In this document: piece by piece, positions 38,429-48,807 of the stretch
Layout of the letters: each line of letters starts with the position of its first letter
Position numbering within the stretch: position 1 is the first letter of the stretch
Assembly: GCA_963422735.1 (NCBI GenBank)
Contig: OY730476.1
Location: forward strand, 1,728,001-1,792,000
From: Candidatus Latescibacterota bacterium
GTDB lineage: Bacteria; Latescibacterota; UBA2968; UBA8231
Direction: 5' to 3'
Length of the DNA stretch: 64,000 nt
Translations under genes and position numbers: made by a program
The notes under the pieces: model-generated
What the model was told of the DNA's origin: nothing
What the model saw: only the letters and a program-made list of their open reading frames with translations
The model's database searches: none

Positions 38429-39730
38429 ATGCGCACAGCCATTCCCCCCCATCTGCTGCAAGACCCGGAGATTGAACTGTCCGAAAAGGTCTTGCGCTCC
38501 TGCGTTCACTGCGGCTTTTGCAATGCCACCTGCCCCACCTACCTGCTCACCGGCAACGAACTCGAAGGGCCGCGCGGCCGCATTTACCTCATCAAAAGCA
38601 TTCTCGAAGAGAGCATCCCTCCGAGCCAGCAGACGGTCGAACACATCGACAACTGCCTCGGCTGCCTCGCGTGCGAAACTACCTGCCCGAGCGGTGTGGA
38701 TTATTCGCTCCTCTTGGAAACGGCCCGGCCGCGGCTGGATCAGCTCGTCAAGCGGCCTTTAGCCGACCGCCTGCTGCGCGCCTTGCTGACGCGGATGCTG
38801 CCCTATCCCGGCCGCACGCGCTTGGCGCTCAAAATGTCTGGGGTGGGGCGCGTGTTCTCCGGCCTTATGCCCCGTGCCATGCGGCCGCTGTTGGCGATGG
38901 CCCCCAAGCGGTTGCCGCCGCCAGCCGTTGTAGCTCGGCCCGGGGTCGTGCCGGCCGAGGGTACGCCGCGGCTGCGCGTGGCCCTGCTCACCGGGTGCGT
39001 CCAACAGGTGTTAGGGCCGCAGATCAACGACGCGACCGTGCGGCTGCTGACGCGGTTGGGGGTCGAGGTGGTCATTCCGCCGGATATGGGCTGTTGCGGT
39101 GCGCTGACCTTTCACATGGGCGAGCGCCAGCACAGCCGCAAGCTAATGCAGCGCGCCATTGCGGTTTGGCATCGCGAGCTGGAAGCGGGCTTGGACGCGA
39201 TTGTGCTCAACACGTCGGGATGCGGCACGGCAATCAAAGAATACGATCACATCTTTCGCCACGATCCGCAGTGGGCGGACAAAGCCAAGGCGGTAGTGGA
39301 GCGGGTGCGGGACGTTTCCGAGGTGGTGGCGCAATTGGGATTGGGTGCGGCCAATCACGCGCCGGCCCTGAAGGTGGCTTATCACGACGCCTGTTCGCTC
39401 CAACACGGCCTGCACGTCACCGAGCCGCCAAGGCAACTGTTGAAAGCGGCGGGCTTCGAGGTCGTCGAGGTGCCCGAAGGTCATATATGCTGCGGCAGCG
39501 CGGGCACGTACAACATGCTGCGCCCACACTTGGCGCAGAAGCTGCAAGCGCGCAAAGCCGCGCACATCGCCAGCGTTGCGCCGCAGATTGTGGCTGCGGG
39601 CAACATTGGCTGCATGGAACAAATCGCCGGTCGTGTCGAAGTGCCAGTCGTCCACACCGTCGAGCTGTTGGATTGGGCGACGGGTGGCCCGCGGCCGGCG
39701 CAGGTGCCGCTAGAAACTGCCAAGCGATAG
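38429..39730 (+). CDS. glcF: Glycolate oxidase iron-sulfur subunit
   Basis: CVHCGFCNATCP, CLGCLACETTCPSGV, two CCG domains. Confidence 0.9.
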   Translation: MRTAIPPHLLQDPEIELSEKVLRSCVHCGFCNATCPTYLLTGNELEGPRGRIYLIKSILEESIPPSQQTVEHIDNCLGCLACETTCPSGVDYSLLLETARPRLDQLVKRPLADRLLRALLTRMLPYPGRTRLALKMSGVGRVFSGLMPRAMRPLLAMAPKRLPPPAVVARPGVVPAEGTPRLRVALLTGCVQQVLGPQINDATVRLLTRLGVEVVIPPDMGCCGALTFHMGERQHSRKLMQRAIAVWHRELEAGLDAIVLNTSGCGTAIKEYDHIFRHDPQWADKAKAVVERVRDVSEVVAQLGLGAANHAPALKVAYHDACSLQHGLHVTEPPRQLLKAAGFEVVEVPEGHICCGSAGTYNMLRPHLAQKLQARKAAHIASVAPQIVAAGNIGCMEQIAGRVEVPVVHTVELLDWATGGPRPAQVPLETAKR

Positions 39731-39969
39731 ACGAATTTGCCTTTCCAAATGTTCTTAGAAGTGGTCTGCTTCACCGCGCCGGTCCGGGTGAAGCAGGCGC
39801 GACAGGCCGAGAGGGATTGCAGACCGCTTCTAAAATCCAAACGAGGAATCTCTGCCCATGCGCTCCATACTATGCGCCTTGATATGCTCGACCCGGCTTA
39901 CTTCTCATTCTGACGCTAACCCGGAAGGATTGGCGTTTGTAAAGATAGACGGCAAATTCGGGTTCACTG

Positions 39970-40101
39970 ATCCGCCGGGAGGCTACGATTGAGCAACATG
40001 GCAACACCAAGGCTGAGCCGTTGCCCGCGTGGAAAAAGGCCAGCGGCTATCATCGCCGCTGGCTAGCCGAAACCCAGATCGGCCGCTACAAACAAATGCT
40101 T
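39970..40101 (+). pseudogene. IS5-family (IS903-like) transposase fragment
   Basis: ATIEQHGNTKAEPLP and WKKASGYHRRWLAETQIGRYK. Confidence 0.65.
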
Positions 40102-40202
40102 GTTGACCATGATATTTCGGTGATTTTAGTCGAGTCACTGAGTCAAATGCTCTGGACGTTGGGCCAGCTAAAGCGCGTTGCAGGCCAGAACAGGTTTATG
40201 AG

Positions 40203-40409
40203 ACGGAATTTCCTAGTGTACGGTTGGGAATTCCGGTTTCATGTAGGCGGTATCACTCGGCTAGCCCGTAGCCCTCGTCCGGGCCAGCGCGGTCCCCCGC
40301 GTCAATGTTCCGGGGCCCGTCGCCGGGTACCCGCCGCCAAGGGGGCGGATGGGACGGACCACTAACCACTAACCACTGATTAAACAGTCCTTATTCTAGG
40401 AAAGTCCGT
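40203..40409 (+). mobile_element. MITE family copy C (complete, 207 bp)
   Basis: TIRs ACGGAATTTCCTAG / CTAGGAAAGTCCGT (13/14 match). Perfect 6-bp target duplication TATGAG at 40197-40202 and 40410-40415. Confidence 0.92.
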
Positions 40410-40415
40410 TATGAG

Positions 40416-41570
40416 ATGACTTTTAGGCCATTTCTTCTTCTCGCTATTTTATGCAGCATCTTCCTCGTGTTTCCCAATGCATGTAACGGCGAAGATCCTA
40501 TGAGTAGTCCAGATAAAGACCAAATAGATTCACCATATACCATAGGCGTCTATTATTATCCCTGGTACAGCGGTGATTTTCACGGTGGCCACTATATGCG
40601 CAAAGAGCTGGTACCGCCGCAGTTGCCCATGCTCGGCGAGTACGACGATCGCAATTCCGCTGTGATCGCCCAGCATCTCAAGTGGAGCCGACAGGCCAAT
40701 ATATCGCTGTGGGTAGCGAGTTGGTGGGGTCCCGATTCTCGTGAAGATCAGACTCTGCTACAGCACATTCTGCCGCACGATGAATTAGGTGATATGCAGA
40801 TTGCGCTGTTTTATGAGACTACAGGGCGCACAAGGGAGTTTTCAGCGTTCAACCATGTCGCACCGGACATAGCCCATATTGCCGAACGCTATTTCAACTA
40901 TCCCAATTATCTGCGGATCGATGGACGTCCGGTGCTCTTTGTCTATTTGACGCGAGTACTCTCGCGCAATGGGGTGCTGGCTGAGGTGGTGGAGGCGATG
41001 CGCGTAACGGCCAGAGATGCGGGATACGATATATACATCGTCGGCGATGAGGTCTTTGGACAACCGCCGACGTCTTATGAGGCTATTGGGCTATTGGATG
41101 CCGTGACGAATTACGACGTGTACGGCAGTATGGGAGCGAAGGGTTATGCGGGACAGGCGGCAGTAGATCGGTATTATGCGGCGCAGGCAGGTTGGCGGGA
41201 ACTGGCTCATGCTGAAGAGACAGCGTTTATACCCGCTGCGACACCAGGATTTAACGACAAAGGTGTGCGCAATGGACATGAGGCTGTCTCGCGGAAGTTG
41301 AGCGAGGAAGCCGAATTTGGATCGCTACTTCGGGCGATGCTGGCACAGGCTGTAAAATATACGGATGAATCAACGGGGCGAATGCTGATGGTTACTTCGT
41401 GGAACGAGTGGCACGAGGATACACAGATTGAGCCGGTTGAAAAGGGGGAAGTGACTCGGTTGGATGGTAGCGAGACGGGGAAGGCGTTTAGTGAGGGATT
41501 GGATTACGAGGGATATGGGGAGCGGTATTTGGAAATATTAAGGGAGATTAGCTCGGAGGCAAAACTGTGA
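40416..41570 (+). CDS. GH99-like glycoside hydrolase, secreted
   Basis: Signal peptide, YYYPWY, SWWG, GRPVLFVY, PGFND, TSWNEWHEDTQIEP. Confidence 0.82.
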   Translation: MTFRPFLLLAILCSIFLVFPNACNGEDPMSSPDKDQIDSPYTIGVYYYPWYSGDFHGGHYMRKELVPPQLPMLGEYDDRNSAVIAQHLKWSRQANISLWVASWWGPDSREDQTLLQHILPHDELGDMQIALFYETTGRTREFSAFNHVAPDIAHIAERYFNYPNYLRIDGRPVLFVYLTRVLSRNGVLAEVVEAMRVTARDAGYDIYIVGDEVFGQPPTSYEAIGLLDAVTNYDVYGSMGAKGYAGQAAVDRYYAAQAGWRELAHAEETAFIPAATPGFNDKGVRNGHEAVSRKLSEEAEFGSLLRAMLAQAVKYTDESTGRMLMVTSWNEWHEDTQIEPVEKGEVTRLDGSETGKAFSEGLDYEGYGERYLEILREISSEAKL

Positions 41571-41929
41571 ACATACATCGTATCACCGCGATGGTGCCAA
41601 TAACCGATTTGGCTCAAGCGATAACCTTCTACTCGCAAAGGCTAGGTCTTCAAGTCGTCCGCCATAGAGACGAGTAGGGCCATGCCGTGCTGGAAGGCGA
41701 ACAGGGTTGCCAAGTGATGATAGACCGCTCGATACGCACGGAATCGAACGCCTCCACCGTCGTTTACTACTATACGTCCGATGTTGAAACGGTACGAGAC
41801 CGCGTGATTGCCGCTGGTCTCGTACCTGCTCCTATCGGCGTAACCTTCTACGGCATGACAGAGTTTCGAGTTCTCGATCTCGATTGAAATGAGGTCTGGG
41901 TCGGTGCAAGTGAGGCTCCCGCCACCTAA
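41567..41929 (+). pseudogene. VOC/glyoxalase family gene with two in-frame stops
   Basis: AITFYSQRLG...TFYGMTEFRVLDLD*NEVWVG. TAG at 41675 and TGA at 41885. Confidence 0.75.
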
Positions 41930-41964
41930 CAAGTCACTACCGTTGACTACCCAATCAGATTGAT

Positions 41965-42966
41965 ATGAACTGCATACACGAAACCAACCGTCGGCTGTGG
42001 AATAGTCAGGCCGCTATCTGGAAAGAACGAAGCAATCGAGAAGGTAGGTGGCACCGATGCCATAAAGATCCCGATTTGGCGTTTGAAGGTGGCGCTCTCC
42101 AACTGATTCAGACGGTTTCTAACGGATTAAGCAACAAAAGAGTATGCGTTATCGGCAGCGGCGATAATATAGCAGCGTCCGCCCTTGCAGGCTTGGGCGC
42201 GCAAGTTACATCGACGGACATTTCGGAAGAGCAATTAGCAACGGGGGCACGTAGAGCTGAGCAGCTTGGTCTGTCGATCTCGTTCGTTCGCTCGGATGCC
42301 GCCTGCCAAGAATCGCTGGCCGATTCGAGCTTTGACCTCGTATGCTCAACCAACGGCTTCTTTGTGTGGATCGCCGATCTCGAAGCGGTTTTCTGTGACG
42401 GAATTTCCTAGTGTACGGTTGGGAATTCCGGTTTCATGTAGGCGGTATCACTCGGCTGGCCCGTAGCCCTCGTCCGAGCCCGCGCGGTCCCCCGCGTCAA
42501 TGTTCCGGGGCGGTACCCGTCGCCAAGGGAGCGGATGGAACTAACCACTAACCACTAACCACTGATTAAACAGTCCTTATTCTAGGAAAGTCTGTTCGGT
42601 GAAGTAGCGCGCATTCTAAAACCCGGTGGCTCTTATGTGTATTTCGATGTCCACCCCTTTCAGCGACCTTGGAAGGAGCAGGCGATGCCACTTGCAATGG
42701 AAAAACCATATTGGTCCACAGGGCCGTTTCAGTCGCAAGATCGAGACTCTTATGAATTCAACTGGACTTTGGCTGACCTTTTGAACTCAATGGCTGCGGC
42801 GGGACTCATGTTAGTCAAGATCTTGGAGAGGCCGGCCCGCGACACCCGGTATTGTCAGGGGTCTTCTCATTGCGATGTCGTTGACGACACCTTATTGGAA
42901 TGGGGTGAAAATCCCCGGGCGGGACTCCCCATATGGTTGGCGGTTGCGGCGCGCAAGACAGTTTAG
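41965..42966 (+). pseudogene. SAM-dependent methyltransferase split by MITE copy D
   Basis: Removing the MITE restores ...WIADLEAVFGEVARILKPGGSYVYFDVHPF... Confidence 0.88.
42398..42595 (+). mobile_element. MITE family copy D (complete)
   Basis: Same TIRs (right end CTAGGAAAGTCTGT). Flanks TCTGTG/TCGGTG form a 6-bp TSD with one mismatch. Confidence 0.9.
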
Positions 42967-42999
42967 CGGAGAAGTTGAGGAGGAGAGGACCTTTTCGAG

Positions 43000-43371
43000 A
43001 TGATATTTAGGATTCGAAGATATCAGGTCGTCCCCGGCAAGGCGAAAGCATTCAACGACTTTTTCCTAACGAGACTGTTTCCCGTTCAGAAAAGGTACGG
43101 AGCCCGTCTCGTCGGTCGTTTTCAAACAGACGATGGGCTCCAGATCGTCGCTGTATGGGTTTACCAGAGCTTCGACCACTATAAAGAGGTGCAAAGCTTG
43201 GTCGCCGAGGATGCCGACTCGCTCGCCGCTCAAGAGCATCGACGACAGGTGCTGGATCCGCTCTTCACAGAGACGGACGAGTCCTTTATGATCTCAACGG
43301 TATCAATGGCATTGACTGAACTCTCTCACTTGGAAGCATACGTGCAAGAGAGGACTTCAGCCCAACATTAA
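43000..43371 (+). CDS. NIPSNAP family protein
   Basis: MIFRIRRYQVVPGK..F..YGARLVGRF. Confidence 0.75.
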   Translation: MIFRIRRYQVVPGKAKAFNDFFLTRLFPVQKRYGARLVGRFQTDDGLQIVAVWVYQSFDHYKEVQSLVAEDADSLAAQEHRRQVLDPLFTETDESFMISTVSMALTELSHLEAYVQERTSAQH

Positions 43372-43378
43372 TGCGATT

Positions 43379-44152
43379 ATGAAACGCGACCACCGCCTCC
43401 GGCTAATTGCCTACCTGACGGTCGTCTTCTGGACGGTCATTTTCCTGCAGGCACCCATTCCGCAAGACCCTGCCTATCACCAGTTCGCCGATCAGCGCAC
43501 CCTGTTGGGTATCCCCCATTGCCTGAACGTGATTTCCAATCTGCCGTTTCTGTTGGTGGGATTTTGGGGATTCAGCGTCGTGTTCCGTCTCGCCGCGGCT
43601 CCTGTGCAGCAGGCGTTCGTGCGCCCGGCCGATTCGCTGGCGTATCAGATCCTCTTCCTCGCGGTGGCACTGGTCGGCCTCGGCTCCACCCACTACCACC
43701 TAGCCCCCAGCAACGAAACGCTCCTGTGGGATCGCCTGCCGATGGGCATTGCCTTTATGGCGTTTCTCGCTACTGCTATCACCGAGCGACTAGACCGGCG
43801 CACTGGCATCATCACCTTGCTACCGCTAATTGCCTTCGGCCTTTTCAGCGTGTTGTACTGGCACTATACCGAGCGGGCGGGAGCCGGCGATCTTCGTTAT
43901 TACATCGTCGCCCAAGCCTATCCGATTCTGTTCGTGCCCCTCATGGTTCGCCTGCTGCCGTCGCCGTACACGCGCGGGTCCGATCTCTACGTCGCCGGCC
44001 TGTTTTACCTGCTCGCGAAAGCCGCCGAAGTGTTTGACCAAGCCCTTTACGCGGCCGGAGGACTGATCAGCGGTCATACTTGCAAGCACCTACTCGGTGC
44101 CTTGGGAGCCTATTGGGTGCTGCGGATGCTCCGGCTGCGGCGGCTGCGCTGA
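43379..44152 (+). CDS. Ceramidase-like (CREST) membrane protein
   Basis: YHQFADQR, NVISNLPF, GSTHYH, WDRLPM, SGHTCKH. Confidence 0.8.
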   Translation: MKRDHRLRLIAYLTVVFWTVIFLQAPIPQDPAYHQFADQRTLLGIPHCLNVISNLPFLLVGFWGFSVVFRLAAAPVQQAFVRPADSLAYQILFLAVALVGLGSTHYHLAPSNETLLWDRLPMGIAFMAFLATAITERLDRRTGIITLLPLIAFGLFSVLYWHYTERAGAGDLRYYIVAQAYPILFVPLMVRLLPSPYTRGSDLYVAGLFYLLAKAAEVFDQALYAAGGLISGHTCKHLLGALGAYWVLRMLRLRRLR

Positions 44153-44175
44153 TTGGTTAGTTTGTCAAGGATACC

Positions 44176-45267
44176 ATGGATACTATCCGTCCCATCCGCG
44201 AGTCGGAACTCGACGAACTCATCGACCTGCTCTGCGCCGTGCATAACCCCCAAGGCCACGAGCGCTACCGAGGCTATATCGAGGGCGATCCGACTTGGTG
44301 CCCGTCGCAGACGCCGGTCATCGTCGTCGGAAGCCGCATCGTATCGACCCTGCGCATCTGGGACCGCCGGCTCCACCTCGGCTCCACGCCCGTCCGCATG
44401 GGCGGCATCGGCGGCGTCACCACCCATCCCGACTATCGGGGCCGCGGCCTAGCGACGCAGCTCATGGCGCAGACGGCTGAGTACCTGCGCGGCGATGGCT
44501 ACGACTTGGGTTTGCTGTTCACGGAGATTCCGGCGCACTTCTACCGGCGCCTTGGCTGGTGCTGTGTGCCGCTCATGGGATTTCGCGCCGAGCTGTACTG
44601 CCCTCCGCAGCCGGGGCGGTCCGCACTTGAGGTGCTGCCCTTCGACGAGAGCCGCGACTTGGAGGAGGCGGTAGCACTCTATCAGCGCTACAACGCCGGT
44701 CGCAGCGGCAGCCTGTTGCGTCTGCGTCCGTACTGGGACTACGCCCCCTCCCGTGTGCGGGGTGTGCTGCCCACCGCCATCGTCCGTGGTTCGGCGGGGC
44801 TCAACGGGTACATCAACTGGGTGAGAGACGACAACGGTGCCCGAGTGCGCGAAGTCGCCTACGAGAGCGGCCCGGCCCTCAATGCCCTCGTGCAGCATCT
44901 GCTTGACGAGTGCGCGGCGACCGGGGTGAGGCAAGTCCACGGCGAGATTCCCCACAGCCACCCCTTTGTCGATACTCTGGTCGCTACCGCTGACGCCGAT
45001 CTGTGGCTCGCGGGAAACAGCTCGATGATGGCCCTGCCCCTCAACCCCGGCTCGCTGATCGCCAAGGCCGTGCCCGAAGCGACAGAGGCTATCCGCAGGC
45101 TGCCGGCCGATCTGATGTGCCGACTCCTGTTCGGCGAGAGTTCCGGCCGCGACATAGAGCCCATCCTCCGCGCCCGCGGGATCTCGCTGGAGACCGGGGA
45201 AGCACGCCGACTTGAAGAGTGGTTTCCCCGCCGCGAGGTCATCTCTTGGATCCCCGACCACTTCTGA
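44176..45267 (+). CDS. GNAT acetyltransferase (Eis-like)
   Basis: GGIGGVTTHPDYRGRGLA, FYRRLGW. Confidence 0.88.
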   Translation: MDTIRPIRESELDELIDLLCAVHNPQGHERYRGYIEGDPTWCPSQTPVIVVGSRIVSTLRIWDRRLHLGSTPVRMGGIGGVTTHPDYRGRGLATQLMAQTAEYLRGDGYDLGLLFTEIPAHFYRRLGWCCVPLMGFRAELYCPPQPGRSALEVLPFDESRDLEEAVALYQRYNAGRSGSLLRLRPYWDYAPSRVRGVLPTAIVRGSAGLNGYINWVRDDNGARVREVAYESGPALNALVQHLLDECAATGVRQVHGEIPHSHPFVDTLVATADADLWLAGNSSMMALPLNPGSLIAKAVPEATEAIRRLPADLMCRLLFGESSGRDIEPILRARGISLETGEARRLEEWFPRREVISWIPDHF

Positions 45268-45740
45268 CGCCTGTGCGCCCGTCCAACTCCCCTCAGCAGG
45301 CCCTGCTTCCGGTCATCCGCCGCGAGCGACCCCGCCTGCTGAAGCCCCTCGACGATCCTCACTTCCGCTTCGAGCCGCCGGATGACCCCGTGCGACGGCG
45401 CATCCTCGCCAACCTCCTAGAAGGATTATCGGGGCACATGTCGGCCGCGAACCCCATGTAGCACCCCTCGGCCCCGCAGGTATTCGTCCAGCACATCGGC
45501 ATAGAATATGAGAGGCTCGTCCCCAACCGGGGACGCGATCTGTCGGGGCAACGGGCCGCATCAGGGATCTATTTTATCAATCTCCATGCCGGCGATCAGC
45601 TACACCAAGAAAAACTAACTTTGGTGCATTGAACCAGCAGCGCATGGCTTCAAGGGCGTGATCGAGAAGACGCCAAATCCCCTACATCTTCTTCACCGTC
45701 TATCGTGAGTAGGCCCGCCTTCGCAGCTAGTGAGCGCAGC

Positions 45741-48050
45741 CTAGATTTCCTCCGGCGGCACCAAGTGCTGAGTCGTCTCCGCTCGGTCGCATATTTCCTG
45801 CCAATCCCACAACTGAGGTATAAATTCCACGTCGGCCCAAAGCTGGGCTTGGTCGGCGTAGTGTGGGCTAGCCGGGTGGCCAGAGGCCCCCAGAGGCGCG
45901 ATCCAACACGAGCGGGTCCAGTCGGCGGGATCGAAGACATAGCGGTTGACCGAAAGACCCGTAACTGTGAAGTCGTCGAAGGCATAGCTGCCGGCTAGGG
46001 GCGTGTCGCCGTCGCCGTGAACGGAAAGCGACGGGGGGTCGAGGAAGGAAGCGGCCTCGGGGAAAACCGCGGAGAGCGGGTGCTGGGGCTGGGTGCGATG
46101 CAAGCGTCCCCAACGCCATTGGCGCATGTCGTCGCCGAGGGCTTCTTTGAGGACGGCGAGAGCACCGGTCAGGGCCTCGGTCAGGACTTGGGACCAAGTT
46201 TGGCCGGACGGCAGCAGTTTAGTATCGCCGCACTCGATAGCGAGGGTTGCTTCGAGGTTGATAAGACGCCAGTGGGCGTCGCCGCCATCCTCTGCGAGCA
46301 GGCCCAGGGCATCGCCGCCGAACAGGTGTTGAGCGAGGTAGTAGCCAAGCAGGGCGCGGGTTTGGGCATAGATCGTCGGCTGGGCTTGGTCGCGGTCCAT
46401 CCGGCCGTCCCACTCGCGCAGCAGGTCGAGGGCTTGACTGCAGTCGGCGTCGGGCGGTTCGATGGCGAGCAAGGCCCGCGTAAAGACCTCGGCCGGGAGC
46501 GAGACACGTTCGGCGTGGATGCGGCCCATAGCCTCGGGGGTGGCCGTGCCCTTTGGTAGTTGGAGAATGCGGGTCTGGATGCGGCGGGCGCGGTAGTCGG
46601 GGCTAAAGATAAGCCCGACGTAGTAGGGATAATCCGAGCCGGTCACGCGCTGGTTGCAGGTGATGGCATAGCCTGTTGCGGGGTCTATGGCTTTGGGCAG
46701 CTCGGCGTGGGGGATGTAGCCTTGCCACTCGTGCTCGCCGGTCCAGCCGGGGACGGCGCACCAGCCGTTTGCGGCCTCCCGCACGGGGATCCGACCCGCG
46801 TGGAGATAGCCGAAGCAGCCGTGGATGTCGGCGACAGCGTAGTTGTTGACGCGGTCGGTCCAGCGGGCAAAGGCTTGGTGCAAGCCCTCGACTGAGCGGG
46901 CGCGCATGGCATCGCGGGCGGCATCGACCCAAGGGGTACCTTCGGCGAGGCCGGGATCGCTGATGGCAATGGCTTGGCCCTTGCGCGGATCGCCGGCGAT
47001 GATAGGTCCGTGGTGGGTAATGACGACTTCAGAGGTGACGGGTGCCGCGCCGCGGATGTGGATTTTTTCCCGCAGGATCTCCGCTGGCCGCCACGCGCCG
47101 TTGAACTTGTACTCCAAGCCGTCGGCCGTTTCGCGGAAGCGCTCGACGAACATATCTTGAGTATCGGCACTACCGTAAGTCATGCCCCAAGCTACGTACT
47201 CATTGTGGCAAAAGTGCAGGGTGCCGGGGACGCCGGGCACTGAATAGCCGATGACGGCGAAGTCGGGGCAGGCGAGGTGGATTTGGTAATAGACGGAAGG
47301 GGTGTCGAGGGCGCGGTGTGAGTCTCCGGCCACCAGCGGCAAGCCCGAATCGGTGTACGCACCCGCGATGGACCACGCATTGGAGCCGGGGTCGGTTTCG
47401 CGGCGGCTGAGGGCAGCGAGGCCGTCGAGGGGCTCTCCCTGGTACTCGGTGCCGGGAGGCACGGTGAGTAGGTGGCCTTGGGGATAGCCTTTGATTAGCT
47501 GAGCGAGGTTTTCAGGGCCTACGACTTGGGCGAGACGGGTGCGCCAGAGCTTGGATTCAAAGGTGCCGAGCAGGCTGTTGCGCATCTTGTACACGGCGAG
47601 GCAGTGCCAGCTTTCCCACCGCTCGGGGCACTGGTCGAGGAGTTGGTATTCGACGGGTAGGGCCGTTGTCATCGCCAAAAAGGCGTTGACGCCAGCGGCG
47701 TACGCGTCGAGCATAGCACGGGCTTGGGGGCTGGACGCTTCGTAGTCCAACTTGGCGGTGCGGCCCATGCCAGCGGCGCGCAAGAGGCGATCGCGGGCCA
47801 GCCCTGCGGGACCGGCCCATTCGGACCAGCGGCCTAGGGCTTGATGGCGGTCGAAGTCCATCTGCCACAGTCGGTCTTGGGCCGTGGCGAAGCCTTGGGC
47901 GAAGAACATGTCGGCTTCGCTTGCGGCCTGGATATGGGGGATTCCCCACGGGTCGCGGTGGATGGGGACAGTTTTTTTAAGGCCCTCGCAACAGTAGGTG
48001 CTTTCGAGGTCGGGGAGGGCGGCTTGGAGGTCTTTGGCACTGATGGGCAT
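45741..48050 (-). CDS. Penicillin acylase family Ntn hydrolase
   Basis: RDPWGIPHI, AQDRLWQMD, GSNAW (catalytic Ser), GASGHPASPHYADQ. Confidence 0.92.
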   Translation of the reverse strand: MPISAKDLQAALPDLESTYCCEGLKKTVPIHRDPWGIPHIQAASEADMFFAQGFATAQDRLWQMDFDRHQALGRWSEWAGPAGLARDRLLRAAGMGRTAKLDYEASSPQARAMLDAYAAGVNAFLAMTTALPVEYQLLDQCPERWESWHCLAVYKMRNSLLGTFESKLWRTRLAQVVGPENLAQLIKGYPQGHLLTVPPGTEYQGEPLDGLAALSRRETDPGSNAWSIAGAYTDSGLPLVAGDSHRALDTPSVYYQIHLACPDFAVIGYSVPGVPGTLHFCHNEYVAWGMTYGSADTQDMFVERFRETADGLEYKFNGAWRPAEILREKIHIRGAAPVTSEVVITHHGPIIAGDPRKGQAIAISDPGLAEGTPWVDAARDAMRARSVEGLHQAFARWTDRVNNYAVADIHGCFGYLHAGRIPVREAANGWCAVPGWTGEHEWQGYIPHAELPKAIDPATGYAITCNQRVTGSDYPYYVGLIFSPDYRARRIQTRILQLPKGTATPEAMGRIHAERVSLPAEVFTRALLAIEPPDADCSQALDLLREWDGRMDRDQAQPTIYAQTRALLGYYLAQHLFGGDALGLLAEDGGDAHWRLINLEATLAIECGDTKLLPSGQTWSQVLTEALTGALAVLKEALGDDMRQWRWGRLHRTQPQHPLSAVFPEAASFLDPPSLSVHGDGDTPLAGSYAFDDFTVTGLSVNRYVFDPADWTRSCWIAPLGASGHPASPHYADQAQLWADVEFIPQLWDWQEICDRAETTQHLVPPEEI

Positions 48051-48119
48051 TGCGTTCCTCTTGCGTTGTTAGGTTCAGGATATTCTGCAAGGCCAATGCG
48101 TTTGCCGCAACATGCCCAT

Positions 48120-48138
48120 TGAACTGCTCTTTAGTTCA
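48120..48138. promoter_or_regulatory. Inverted repeat, probable TA operator
   Basis: TGAACT-N7-AGTTCA, with an extra AGTTCA half-site upstream of the antitoxin. Confidence 0.45.
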
Positions 48139-48171
48139 GCACAGTTCACTTTATAGTTCGGAGTTTGTGGC

Positions 48172-48418
48172 ATGAAATCAATTACCATTCGCGGAATGGA
48201 CGATGAAATGGACCGGCAAATCAGGGAGAAAGCCGCAGCCCAAGGCAAGAGTTTGAACGAGACCATGTAAAGGGTTGCTCGAACAGGCAGTGGGAGGGCG
48301 GCACTCGCGGCGAGAAGAATTTGCCGATCTATTTGGCTGTTGGTCGGCAGCGGATCTAGCCGAGTTTGAACAGGTGACAAAAGACCTCCGCCAGATTGAC
48401 CCCAGCGACTGGAAATGA
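48172..48418 (+). pseudogene. Ribbon-helix-helix antitoxin (FitA/VapB-like), frameshifted
   Basis: MKSITIRGMDDE..IREKAAAQGKSLNET, then TAA at 48268. Removing 1 nt near 48267 gives IKGLLEQAVG...IDPSDWK*, overlapping the toxin ATG. Confidence 0.75.
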
Positions 48419-48807
48419 ATCGCATACTTTTCGACACCAACGCCTGTACTGCTTTTCTAACCGGCAATGAGCGCGTACTGAATGCGCTGACCGAGGCGGA
48501 AACAGCGTTTTTCTCCGCCATTGTCATCGGGGAATTATACACTGGCTTTTGCGGCGGCAATCGGCTCAGGGAAAACAAGGCTCTGCTAGCGCGTTTTTTG
48601 CAAAAGTCCAATGTGCGCGTCCTCGACGTCACCGCCGAAACCGGGGAAATCTTCGGCCAAATCAAAAACGAGCTACAAAAAGCTGGAACGCCGATACCGC
48701 TAAACAATATATGGCTAGCGGCACAGGCTATGGAAACCGGCTCGGTTATCGTCTCCTTCGACGCGCATTTCGACCAAGTCAGCGGACTTAGGCGCTGGAT
48801 ATGGTAG
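48415..48807 (+). CDS. vapC: VapC/PIN-domain toxin, probable catalytic D-to-N change
   Basis: LFDTN, IGEL, PIPLNNIWLAA (usually ND), SFDAHF. Confidence 0.85.
   Translation: MNRILFDTNACTAFLTGNERVLNALTEAETAFFSAIVIGELYTGFCGGNRLRENKALLARFLQKSNVRVLDVTAETGEIFGQIKNELQKAGTPIPLNNIWLAAQAMETGSVIVSFDAHFDQVSGLRRWIW

Noticed and set aside
38518-39882. 454-aa ORF overlapping glcF
   Set aside because: Off-frame, Arg/Ala-rich GC artefact.
41567-41929. Stop-codon recoding (Sec/Pyl or alternative code) in the VOC gene
   Set aside because: Two different stops (TAG, TGA) are each one substitution from the expected Trp/Gly. Other genes use TAG and TGA as normal stops.
45270-45600. Possible gene between the GNAT and penicillin acylase genes
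   Set aside because: Interrupted frames with no identifiable family.
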